DNA of 64,000 nucleotides, filler included, from an uncultured bacterium (lineage in GTDB: Bacteria; CAYJOG01), in the NCBI GenBank assembly GCA_964371695.1. It is 12 parts of 12 records of this genome, joined end to end, with 100 filler letters (N's around TTAATTAATTAA, not from the genome) between each part and the next. Parts side by side here need not be neighbours in the genome. Positions count along the whole stretch, not along the records: positions 1 to 5,320 come from CAYJOG010000224.1; positions 5,421 to 10,729 come from CAYJOG010000225.1; 10 more parts are not named here. One strand, given 5' to 3'. Every line of letters starts with the position of its first letter. The first letter of the stretch is position 1. The translations under genes were made by a program, and so were the position numbers. Below, piece after piece: positions 1-8,800 of the stretch. Below the pieces are notes generated by a model that saw nothing but the letters and a program-made list of their open reading frames with translations, made no database searches and was not told the DNA's origin.

Positions 1-53
1 CCATCATGGCAAAACTTGAAAAACTTTGCTCAGTTATTTATGGGACAGGACAC

Positions 54-242
54 TAAGAACCTGTTTATAAAGTCCCTCCTGGACTTTATAAACTTACCGC
101 CAGCGGGGGCGAAGCCCCCTTGACGGGCAAAAACCTCAGTGTTTTCAACACTTCGGCTTTTGGGGCGGGACATCCATGTCCCGCAAGAGCCTGTTTCTGT
201 TACACCCTGTTTCACAGGGCGTAATTTAGAAACAGGCTCTAA
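54..242 (-). repeat. MITE-like palindromic repeat, family C (ends AGAACCTGTTT / AAACAGGCTCT)
   Basis: Imperfect terminal inverted repeats flanked by TA/TAA, several internal hairpins; reverse complement aligns by eye with 15963..16114. Confidence 0.7.
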
Positions 243-253
243 CATAACTCTGG

Positions 254-2473
254 TTGCCCGACACACCGATTTCATCCGCTGAAAACCAGCCGCCCCTGTT
301 GTTGTGGGTGGTGCTGGGGCTGGCGGCGGGGTTACGCGTGGTGGCGGTTTTCCGGCGTGAGTGGTTTGTAGATGAACTGCACGCGTTGTTGATCGCCGGT
401 GAAACCCAGGCGGATTTCTGGACGGGTTTGTGGTCCACGCCGGGCATTGCGCCGCTGGATTACGGACTGGTGAACCTGCTGCAAAGCCTGCTGGGCACAG
501 GCCCCTGGCTGCGCCTGCCCATGGTGGTGATGCAGATGCTGGGCATGGTGGCTCTCACGCTTTTTGTGGCGCGCCGCCACGGCCCCACACCGGCGCTGAT
601 CACCGCCGCCCTGTGTGGTTTTAGTCCGCTGCTGATTGATCAGGCTGCCAGCATTCGCCCCTATGCCGGGGCCTTTGCCCTGGGGGCCGTGGCCATGACG
701 TGGCTGTGGGAGCCGCCCCGCTCCATGCGTCAGGCGGTGTGGCGGGGTCTGCTGGGGGCGCTGGGGGCGGGGTATCAGTTTTTTCTCGCGCCGGTGGTGC
801 TGCTGAGCGCGGGGCTGGGGTTTGTCCAGCAGTGGCAAAAAAAGGGCTGGCCGGGGCGCGGCATCGGCCTGTGGGCCGTGCAGGCGCTGCCGCCTCTGGT
901 GATTTTTCTGGCGCTCGCGGGTTTCTGGAAAGACGCGGGCGACATGGCGGCGGGCAAAGACAACGTGGCCGCGCTGATTCTGAGCCTGCTGCAACTGAAG
1001 CTCTCCTTCTCTGGCTGGGGATTTCTGCCCGCCGGTTTTTTTGTGTTGTGGCTGGGCTGGGGCGGCTGGCGGCGCGAGGGTTGGCTGCCCCGCCTGTGGG
1101 CGCTGGTGCTGGCGCTGCTGGTGATCGTTTCAGAACAAAAAGAAGAAGTACACGTGCTGGCCCGCCACTATGCCCCCCTGTGGGGAGCCTTGGCGCTGTG
1201 GGCAGCGGTGAGGTTATCGCAGCGGCTGCAAAACAGACCCAAAGTGTTGTGGCTGATTCTGCCGCTTCTGCTGGTAGCCCCTCTCAGCAACGAACTGCAA
1301 CACCCCCGCCTGTGGATGATGAGTCTGGACCTGCGCAGCGATTTTCAGCGGGACCTGAAACAGCATGGGGCGCGGATAGATCGCTTTCAGGCTGCTTGCG
1401 GGCTATCAAAAGCATGGCGGCATCAGGGGCCAAAGGCCAAGGATGGCCGTTCCCGCCGCCGGTTCAGCGCGGCCGGGGAAGTGCAAAAACAACCTTTTAC
1501 AAAAGAAGCTGAGGGAAACAGAAGACCACAAGGGTTGGGCTGGACCGTGCGGCGTCGTTCGCAAGGTTTCACGGATGAAACCGGCGAACCCACTAAAAAA
1601 CAGGGCAGGGGCTTTTTGTCGGGTGACCACGACCGTCTCCTTGCCCACAAACAAGATGAATGTGCATCCAAACAGCCGGAAATATGGGTGGGGCTGGGTT
1701 TTCTGGACGGCCTGTGGCGTTTTGTGCTGGCTCAGCAAACCCGTGCGCTGCAACTGGAGGGGAAAATCCGCGTGGTGTCTCCCACCGAGGCCCTGCGGTC
1801 CAAATCTGCCGTCTGCGCCCCAGTTTCGATGGTGTATTTTGGCATTCCGGCCTATATGGACCCCGCCCAGGCGGGCCTGGGCCTGCTGGGTTTTTCGCCC
1901 CCCGTCCAAAGACGCCGGCCCCGTGGCATGCGCCCCCTGGGCAGTTTCGCCAGCGTTTTGCCCATGGGGCTGACCACCTGTTCATCGCCCCGTGATTTTT
2001 ATCACCGGCTGGCGCTGGTTTATGACCAGCAGCCCCCCCCGGTGGCCCCCGGCCCTTTTGAGTGGCAAATGAAACTGGCCCACGCCACCACGCGGGCGGG
2101 TTTGTGGTGCCGGGCCGGACGGGTGCAGGAGGCCCTGCCGCCCCTGCTGGCCTTCACCAACACCCTCAAACAAAAACGGGGCGAGGTGCTGCGGCCCATG
2201 GGGGTGAACTTTGGCCTGGCGCAGTATGTTTGTCTGAAACAGGCCGGGGCCAGCCCCGGGGTGCGGCTGGGGGCGCTGAAACTGAGCGCGTCGTTTCTCA
2301 AAACCGCCAGCGGGGCGTTGCAGGTGCAGAGTGGTTACAGCGCCCGGCGGTTTTACCGGCTTCTCCACTCAGAGGCACTGGCGGCAAATGACCACGCCAC
2401 TGCGGCAATGGCGGCGGACCGCCTGAAACGGCTGGATGGTTTTCCCCGGCGTGAACCGGCGTTGTGGCCGTGA
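254..2473 (+). CDS. Polytopic membrane glycosyltransferase, GT-C fold (ArnT/PMT-like), with soluble C-terminal extension
   Basis: Many hydrophobic helices in the first ~350 aa; early 'WFVDE' acidic motif and 'RPYA' motif typical of GT-C enzymes. Confidence 0.6.
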   Translation: MPDTPISSAENQPPLLLWVVLGLAAGLRVVAVFRREWFVDELHALLIAGETQADFWTGLWSTPGIAPLDYGLVNLLQSLLGTGPWLRLPMVVMQMLGMVALTLFVARRHGPTPALITAALCGFSPLLIDQAASIRPYAGAFALGAVAMTWLWEPPRSMRQAVWRGLLGALGAGYQFFLAPVVLLSAGLGFVQQWQKKGWPGRGIGLWAVQALPPLVIFLALAGFWKDAGDMAAGKDNVAALILSLLQLKLSFSGWGFLPAGFFVLWLGWGGWRREGWLPRLWALVLALLVIVSEQKEEVHVLARHYAPLWGALALWAAVRLSQRLQNRPKVLWLILPLLLVAPLSNELQHPRLWMMSLDLRSDFQRDLKQHGARIDRFQAACGLSKAWRHQGPKAKDGRSRRRFSAAGEVQKQPFTKEAEGNRRPQGLGWTVRRRSQGFTDETGEPTKKQGRGFLSGDHDRLLAHKQDECASKQPEIWVGLGFLDGLWRFVLAQQTRALQLEGKIRVVSPTEALRSKSAVCAPVSMVYFGIPAYMDPAQAGLGLLGFSPPVQRRRPRGMRPLGSFASVLPMGLTTCSSPRDFYHRLALVYDQQPPPVAPGPFEWQMKLAHATTRAGLWCRAGRVQEALPPLLAFTNTLKQKRGEVLRPMGVNFGLAQYVCLKQAGASPGVRLGALKLSASFLKTASGALQVQSGYSARRFYRLLHSEALAANDHATAAMAADRLKRLDGFPRREPALWP

Positions 2474-2508
2474 GGCGGCGGGACCACAGGCGGGGACGTC
2501 ATTGGCGG

Positions 2509-2974
2509 TAGAGATTTTTGGAAGTGGTGAGTCAGGCATCGTTTGACTACTCCATGCCGGATGGCGTCATTCCCGCGAAAGCGGGAATCCAGTTGAAGCA
2601 ACAAAAAAATGCGCCAACTATCCCCTCTCCCGTCCGCAGGATGGGAGAGGGTGGCAGTGACCAGCCTGGGCTGGTCACTGCCGGGTGAGGGCAACCTTTA
2701 AAGAAACAAAAACCAGACAAAGTTTTTTTCTTTTTTCTTAACGCCCGGCGCTGCCGCGCCGCTGGGCGCGCCCGGCAGCATCAATATGCTGCCGCAATCC
2801 CAAAAGACAACCCGCGCCCATTATCCGGCCTTCGGCCACCTTCTCCCATCTGCGACGGGAGAAGGCACAGGGAGAGGCTTTTGTTTTAACTGGATTCCCG
2901 CTTTCGCGGGAATGACGCTATCCAGAGCGGGGCTTTCAGGCGATGTCTGACCCACCATTTCCGAAAATGCTTAA
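2509..2974. mobile_element. Composite non-autonomous MITE-like element, family A, with ~90-bp imperfect terminal inverted repeats
   Basis: 2509..~2600 is the imperfect reverse complement of ~2880..2974. Both arms contain ATTCCC-N8-GGGAAT (2569..2588, 2894..2913). Internal CCCTCTCCC/GGGAGAGGG hairpins. Confidence 0.75.
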
Positions 2975-2980
2975 ATCCGG

Positions 2981-3721
2981 TCAGATCGCCGGTGCGCCCT
3001 GGAAGCGCGCCACACGCTCGCGCAGCAGGGCCGGGTCAAAGGGCCACATCAGATAAGACTTCACGCCGTGGCGGCGCGCCTGCATGATCATCTCCCGGTC
3101 GTTGTTGCCCGAAATCACAATCACCGGCACGTGCTGGGTCTGGGTTTCTTCCAGCACCCGCAACACGTCCCATTCCTCATGACCCTCCAGGGGCAGATCC
3201 AGTATCAGCACAGAGGGCAGACGCTGAGCCAGAATGGCCAGGGCCTCTTCTTCGTTCGTGGCGGTGAGCACCTCGGTGTTCAGCGGCATGAGACTGCGGG
3301 AGATGGTGTCGCGCCGGGCGATATTCGGGCTGAACACCATCACCGAGCCATCATGCACCAACTGGTCCCGCTCCCACAGTGTGCGGCGGGTGTTTTCCGG
3401 CGAAACCACTTCCCCTTCCATGGCCTCCCCCGGCAGAACCTCTTCGCCGGTGGCGTCTGACAAGCTTTCTCCTGAACTGGAGAAGGACATATCCACCATG
3501 CCCGGCAGGGGAAGGTCTTCTTCCACCTCCACCGGCACTTCATGCACCCCCATGGTGTCGAGTTTTTCAATCAGCGCCTCGGTGAGCTGGGCGCCCTGCC
3601 CCACCATCACCTGGGTGTGGGTCTGGTTCCAGATGTCCTCGGCCAGCGTCAGACCGCAACATTCCTCACCCAGAGGCCGGAACACCCTTCGTTTTGCCAC
3701 GCCATGCAATGTGCTTCGCAT
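2981..3721 (-). CDS. Atypical response-regulator receiver protein with short N-terminal domain and acidic linker
   Basis: ATG at 3721 after a GGAGGA RBS; C-terminal receiver fold (ILDLPLEG, VPVIVISG, YLMWPFD). Confidence 0.7.
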   Translation of the reverse strand: MRSTLHGVAKRRVFRPLGEECCGLTLAEDIWNQTHTQVMVGQGAQLTEALIEKLDTMGVHEVPVEVEEDLPLPGMVDMSFSSSGESLSDATGEEVLPGEAMEGEVVSPENTRRTLWERDQLVHDGSVMVFSPNIARRDTISRSLMPLNTEVLTATNEEEALAILAQRLPSVLILDLPLEGHEEWDVLRVLEETQTQHVPVIVISGNNDREMIMQARRHGVKSYLMWPFDPALLRERVARFQGAPAI

Positions 3722-3949
3722 CAGTCTTCCTCCAATAAAACGGGGTTTGAGGGTTTCGGGATTGAGCAGGTAGTGGTACATGAGAAACCTATTGGCAAAT
3801 TTGCTGCCACCGAGTGTCTCATTTTGGGTCACCTTTTCGGGAGAGTTTGCGACAAGGCCGTCCCGATTGCAACCTGTTCAGGAGTTGTTGATTATGGCGA
3901 CATATATTGCGTATCCGTGTGCTTGTTCTTAACAAATCGTGGAATCCGA

Positions 3950-4906
3950 TTATTCATTGGGCGCGGCCACAAAACTGGTGAACAACACCTCCTGCACCCA
4001 GGTCAGGCCCCGCTCCTCTTGCAGATAACCCAGCAGGCGGCGACTCAGATCTTCGCGCTGCATGGGCAACACATGTACCTTGCCCTGCTCTGGCCACCGC
4101 AGCACAAACTGCCCCTGGGCCAGAGGGCGCTTGGGCTGATAGTCCACCAACGCCAGAAACTGCTGCACCGCCATGAGGATTTTGCGGTCATAGGGCCAGA
4201 ACTCCGGCTCGGAATGACCAAACGCCGGTTTGGGTGCGGGTTTGTCCCCCTCCGGCTTTTGCAGAAACCCCATGGCCAGGGCCTTGGTTTTACTCAGGCG
4301 CACCATGGCGCTCAGGCGCACAAACCCCTTGCCCAGGTTCAGGTCCATGGGCAGGCCGCTGTTCAGATACAGCAGGGTGCTGTCTTCACTCACACGGGGA
4401 AACACCAGCCTTGGCCCCGGCAACTCTGCTTTTTGGGGAGGACGGACGGGCTTGGCGGCCTCGGGCAAGCGGGGCGGCTGGGACGCGCTGGAAGATGGCA
4501 AGGGCGGCAGGCCCCCCGGTTTATAAGCCCGAATCAGATAAGCCAGATCATGCCGCCCCGTTTGCGCGGCGGTGTCCATGGGGGTGTCCTTGAGATTGTT
4601 GCGAACCGTTTTGTCTGCCCCCCTGGCCAACAAAAAACGCGCCATTTCCTTGTCTCCCGCCCGCGCCGCCAGGTGCAGGGGCGTGTCTCCCTGTTCGTTG
4701 CGGGAGTTGATGCCCGCGCCATATCCCAAAAGCTCCAGCGCCTTGGTGCGGTCTCCCAGTTGAATCACCTTGAAAAAATCCCGTTGCAGCGCCACCTGCC
4801 ATTTTTCTTTTGGCTTGCCAGCGGGCGCGGAAAACGCACCGGCCTGCCACAGTAAACCCAGACACACCACCCCCACCCCCCAAACGCCCAAACGCCACCC
4901 GGCCAT
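3950..4906 (-). CDS. Exported ankyrin-repeat protein with Pro-rich linker and FliL-like C-terminal domain
   Basis: Signal/TM segment, GDTPLHLAA and DTPMDTAA ankyrin motifs, C-terminus VQEVLFTSFVA; start could be 4954. Confidence 0.65.
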   Translation of the reverse strand: MAGWRLGVWGVGVVCLGLLWQAGAFSAPAGKPKEKWQVALQRDFFKVIQLGDRTKALELLGYGAGINSRNEQGDTPLHLAARAGDKEMARFLLARGADKTVRNNLKDTPMDTAAQTGRHDLAYLIRAYKPGGLPPLPSSSASQPPRLPEAAKPVRPPQKAELPGPRLVFPRVSEDSTLLYLNSGLPMDLNLGKGFVRLSAMVRLSKTKALAMGFLQKPEGDKPAPKPAFGHSEPEFWPYDRKILMAVQQFLALVDYQPKRPLAQGQFVLRWPEQGKVHVLPMQREDLSRRLLGYLQEERGLTWVQEVLFTSFVAAPNE

Positions 4907-4983
4907 GGCTGATATTAAAAAAGGCTTGTTCAGTCCTGGCAAGCAGTTATTCATTCCATGAAGAAGTGTTCGTCCCGGACCTC

Positions 4984-5150
4984 ATACCAATGAACATTCA
5001 AAACAGCAGGAATGTTCATTGGTTTTAATGGCCTTGCCATTCGTCGTGAATGGCTACGGCCCGGCGCGGCGCAGGCAAGGCAGGCCATGAGTTTGCGAGG
5101 GGTCTTTCCAGATGCCCATTGGGGCATCTGGCCGAGCAAAGGCGATAGCG
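4984..5150. repeat. Palindrome D (14-bp perfect IR ACCAATGAACATTC) plus 60-bp module E
   Basis: IR arms at 4986..4999 and 5010..5023; 4984..5036 is identical to 48188..48240; 5091..5150 nearly identical to 22243..22302. Confidence 0.85.
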
Positions 5151-5320
5151 GCCTGCCCGAAACCCGAAAGGTTGAAAACCTGTAGGGTTTCTCGCTCGTG
5201 GCAGAGGCTTTGCCTCGGCCATGGCGGTTGAATAAATCCACGAACGGATTTATGAAACAAGTTGTAAGCCAGCTTGCGCCGCGAACACCTCCGGCCCACA
5301 GGATTGTTTCAAAAGTTCCT

Positions 5321-5420
5321 NNNNNNNNNNNNNNNNNNNNNNNNNNNNNNNNNNNNNNNNNNNNTTAATTAATTAANNNNNNNNNNNNNNNNNNNNNNNN
5401 NNNNNNNNNNNNNNNNNNNN
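5321..5420. other. Artificial contig linker (N44-TTAATTAATTAA-N44); also at 10730, 16115, 21493, 26866, 32235, 37601, 42950, 48241, 53505, 58758
   Basis: Identical 100-nt spacer with all-frame stop 12-mer occurs 11 times; ORFs break at each one. Confidence 0.98.
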
Positions 5421-5868
5421 AACGCTTGGGGAGCCAAAGAACAAACGAACCCTTTTTCAGTGGGTGGCCCGACCTTCGGAAAAACCGGTGGTAAAGCCCA
5501 AAGTGGGCGAGGCCCAAACCATTTCGGGCAGCTGGGCGGTATATCTGGCAGCAAATCTGCCAATCCGGCCTATCTCCTTCAGGGGCGCGAACTGACCTCC
5601 CCCAGTAGGTTGGTCCAAGAATAAAGGGAAGTATCCAATTTTGATACGTGGCTTCCGGCTCCTTCTTTGAGGAAATTGGCTTGACTTGTGGCAGGGGTGG
5701 GCAGGTCAGAATGCGCCCCAATGTTTTTGGGTCATCTTTTTTTCAGGGGGCTCCGTCGCCCCCAATAGCCTGCTGGTCGATTTTTTGACCATTTCACACG
5801 CGGATTCTTAGAGGAACCCCAATCAATGGGAGGCGTGGACCAGTTCTTTTTCTTGGAAGTCATATCTC

Positions 5869-8800
5869 ATGAAGATGCTCAAACCAACACCAAAACATCG
5901 CCTCATCCTCTGTTTGATGGGGTTGTTTGCCGTGTTGGGAGGGTTTTCGCCCGCCAGGGCCGACTCCTGGGTGAGTCTTGCCGCCACGCCGGGCACGGTG
6001 TTTCAGGGGGGCAGTCTGGCCTATCCGGGCACCGGAGATTTCCTTTACGCATTTCAGGGAAACAGTATGGCCACGTTCTGGCGCTACAGCATCAGCGCCA
6101 ACATGTGGACCTCGCTGGCGAATGCCCCCGCCGCCATCGGCAACTGCGGCGGTCTGGTTTCCCCCGGCAGCGGTGATTTCATTTATGCCCTGCGGGGAGG
6201 GGGATCCCCCACCTTCTGGCGTTACAGCATCAGCGCCAACACCTGGACAGCCCTGGCCGACGCCCCCGGCAACGTGAACGGCTCTTTTGGCAACAACGTC
6301 CTGGGTTCCACCGGCAATGATTTTATTTACGCTTTTCAGAGCACCGGCGCCGGAAGCGCGGGCACCGCTTTTTGGCGTTACAGCATCAGCGCCAACACCT
6401 GGACGGTGATGGCTGCCGCCCCCAGTTCGGTGAACGATGGCGGTCTGGCTTATCCCGACAGCGGCGATTACATCTACGGTTTTGCGGGCCAGGGCCAGAC
6501 CAATTTCTGGCGCTACAGCATCAGCGGCAACACCTGGCAGACAAAAGCCAACGCCCCCAGTTCGATGGCCTATGGCACGTCCATCGCCTATCCCGGCGCG
6601 GGAGACTGGATTTATGTTTTAAAGGCTTTTAATTCCGCCACTTACATGCGTTACAACATCGTGACGGATGTGTGGGAAAACATCACCGACACGCCGGCCC
6701 CCGCCAACGCGGGCAAGGGCGCGGCCATGACGCGGGCAGGCACCGGCAACGCCTTTTATGCCCTGCGGGGGGAAACCACCACCGACTTCTGGCGTCTGGG
6801 GGTGGTGAACAGTTCGGACACCACGGCCCCCACTGGCGGCACGCTGACCTATGGAACCACAAGCGCTACAAGCGCCATCACGGTGGGATATGACGCAGTG
6901 ACGGATGTGGGCACCGGTGTGGCCAGCAACGTGATGAAGGTGGCCGAGGCCACCCTGACGGCGGGAGCCTGCGGGGCTTTTGGGGCTTTTGCCAACACAC
7001 CCAATCAGCCCGCCAGCACGGCGGCGGGCAACATCAATTTCACGGCCAGTTTCAACAAGTGCTACAAGTTTCAGTATCTCGTCACCGACGGCGGGGGCAA
7101 TGCGCTCACCGTGAACCCCGGCACGGAACTGAAGGTGCAGGACGCCACCCTTCCCACCGGCGGCACGCTCACTTATGCCGCCAGCAGCGCTGTCACCGCG
7201 ATCACGGTGGGATATGACGCCGTGGCGGACACCGGATCGGGTCTGGCCAGCAACGTGATGAAGGTGGCCGAGGCCACCTTGACGGCGGGGGCCTGCGGGG
7301 TTTTTGGGGCCGTCGCAAATACACCCAATCAGCCCGCCAGCGCGGCGGCGGGCAACGTGGCTTTCACCGCCAGCTACAACAAGTGCTACAAGTTCCAATA
7401 CGTGCTCACCGACAACGCGGGTAATGTCACCACCGTGGACCCCGGTACGGAGTTGAAGGTGCAGGACACCGCCGGGCCAACCGGCGGCGAACTCACCTAT
7501 GCCGCCAGCAGCACGACTACCGCCCTCACCGTGACGGTGGCCGCTGTCACCGATGCGGGCAGCGGCCTGACCAGCAATGTGCTGAAGGTGACCGAGACCG
7601 ACACTGCCCAGGGGGGCACCTGCGGGGCGTTTGGGGCTTTCGCCAATACACCCAACCAGCCGACCAGCGCGGCGGGGGGCGGCGTGGCGTTCACCGCCCA
7701 GTTCGGCAAGTGTTACAAGTTTCAATATGTGCTCACCGACGCCCAGGGCAACGTCACCACCGTGGACCCCGGCACGGTGCTCACCGTGCTGCCCGCGGGC
7801 CTGCCCGCCCCCGCCAACCTTGTGGACGGCGCAGCGGCGGGAACCGACATCGACGCCACTGGCGAAACCACCCGTCTCTCGGCGGTGTGGGACGCCGTGA
7901 CCGGCGCGGTGTCTTATTACTACGCCATTGGCGCCACCGTCGGGGGCACGGAACTGGTGGCATTCACGGAAGTCAACGCCACCACCTTCACGCACAACTT
8001 TACGGGACTGGCGATGGTGAGCGGCCAGCGTTATTACGTCTCGGTGCGCGCCAAGGATGCCTTTGGCGTGCTGGGCACGGTGGCGACCACCGACGGTTTC
8101 GTGGTGGACACAACCCCGCCTGCCGCCTGCGCCGTGACGGGGTTCACCGCCGCTGCGGGGGCAACCTGCCAGTTTGCCAGTGGCACCACCCTTTATTACA
8201 ACAACAACGCCGGGTGCAACGCGGGTGGGGGGCAGGTGAGTGTGGCGGTGACAGCGGGAGCCGACGCGGAGTCGGGCCACAACCGGCTGGTGTTTCCCGA
8301 CACGTTCTCCACTGGCGGCACGGTGAACAATCCCGGCAATGCCTATACCTACACCTGGACCACAACAAGCAATTTTGAAGGAGCCGCCACCGTCAGCACC
8401 TTCAACGGCGCGGGCGCCAGCAACACCTGCGCCTTTACCGTGGCGCGGGACATGACGAACCCCACAGGGGGCAGTGTGAGTGTGGCCGCCTATGCCAGCA
8501 CCACCGCCGTTTCCGTCACGCTCGCCGCCGCGCAGGACGTCGGCGCCGGTGTGGCGGGTGTGGTCCTGCAAGTGGCCCAGGCCGCTGTGAATGAAGGTGT
8601 GTGCGGTGCTTTTGGAGACTACGCCAACACCCCCAATCAACCCGCGGGAGCCCTTGGGGAGACGGTGAGCTTCAGCGGCGAAAACGGAAACTGCTACCGG
8701 TTCCGCACCCTGGTCACAGACAAAGTGGGCAACCAACTGGTGGGCGAGGCTTCCTCTCTTGTGTTGGTGGACACGAATGCGCCCACCACCGCCATGACGG

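Noticed and set aside
5421..5868. Riboswitch or structured leader upstream of the giant protein
   Set aside because: Only short hairpins; I could not match any known riboswitch consensus by eye.
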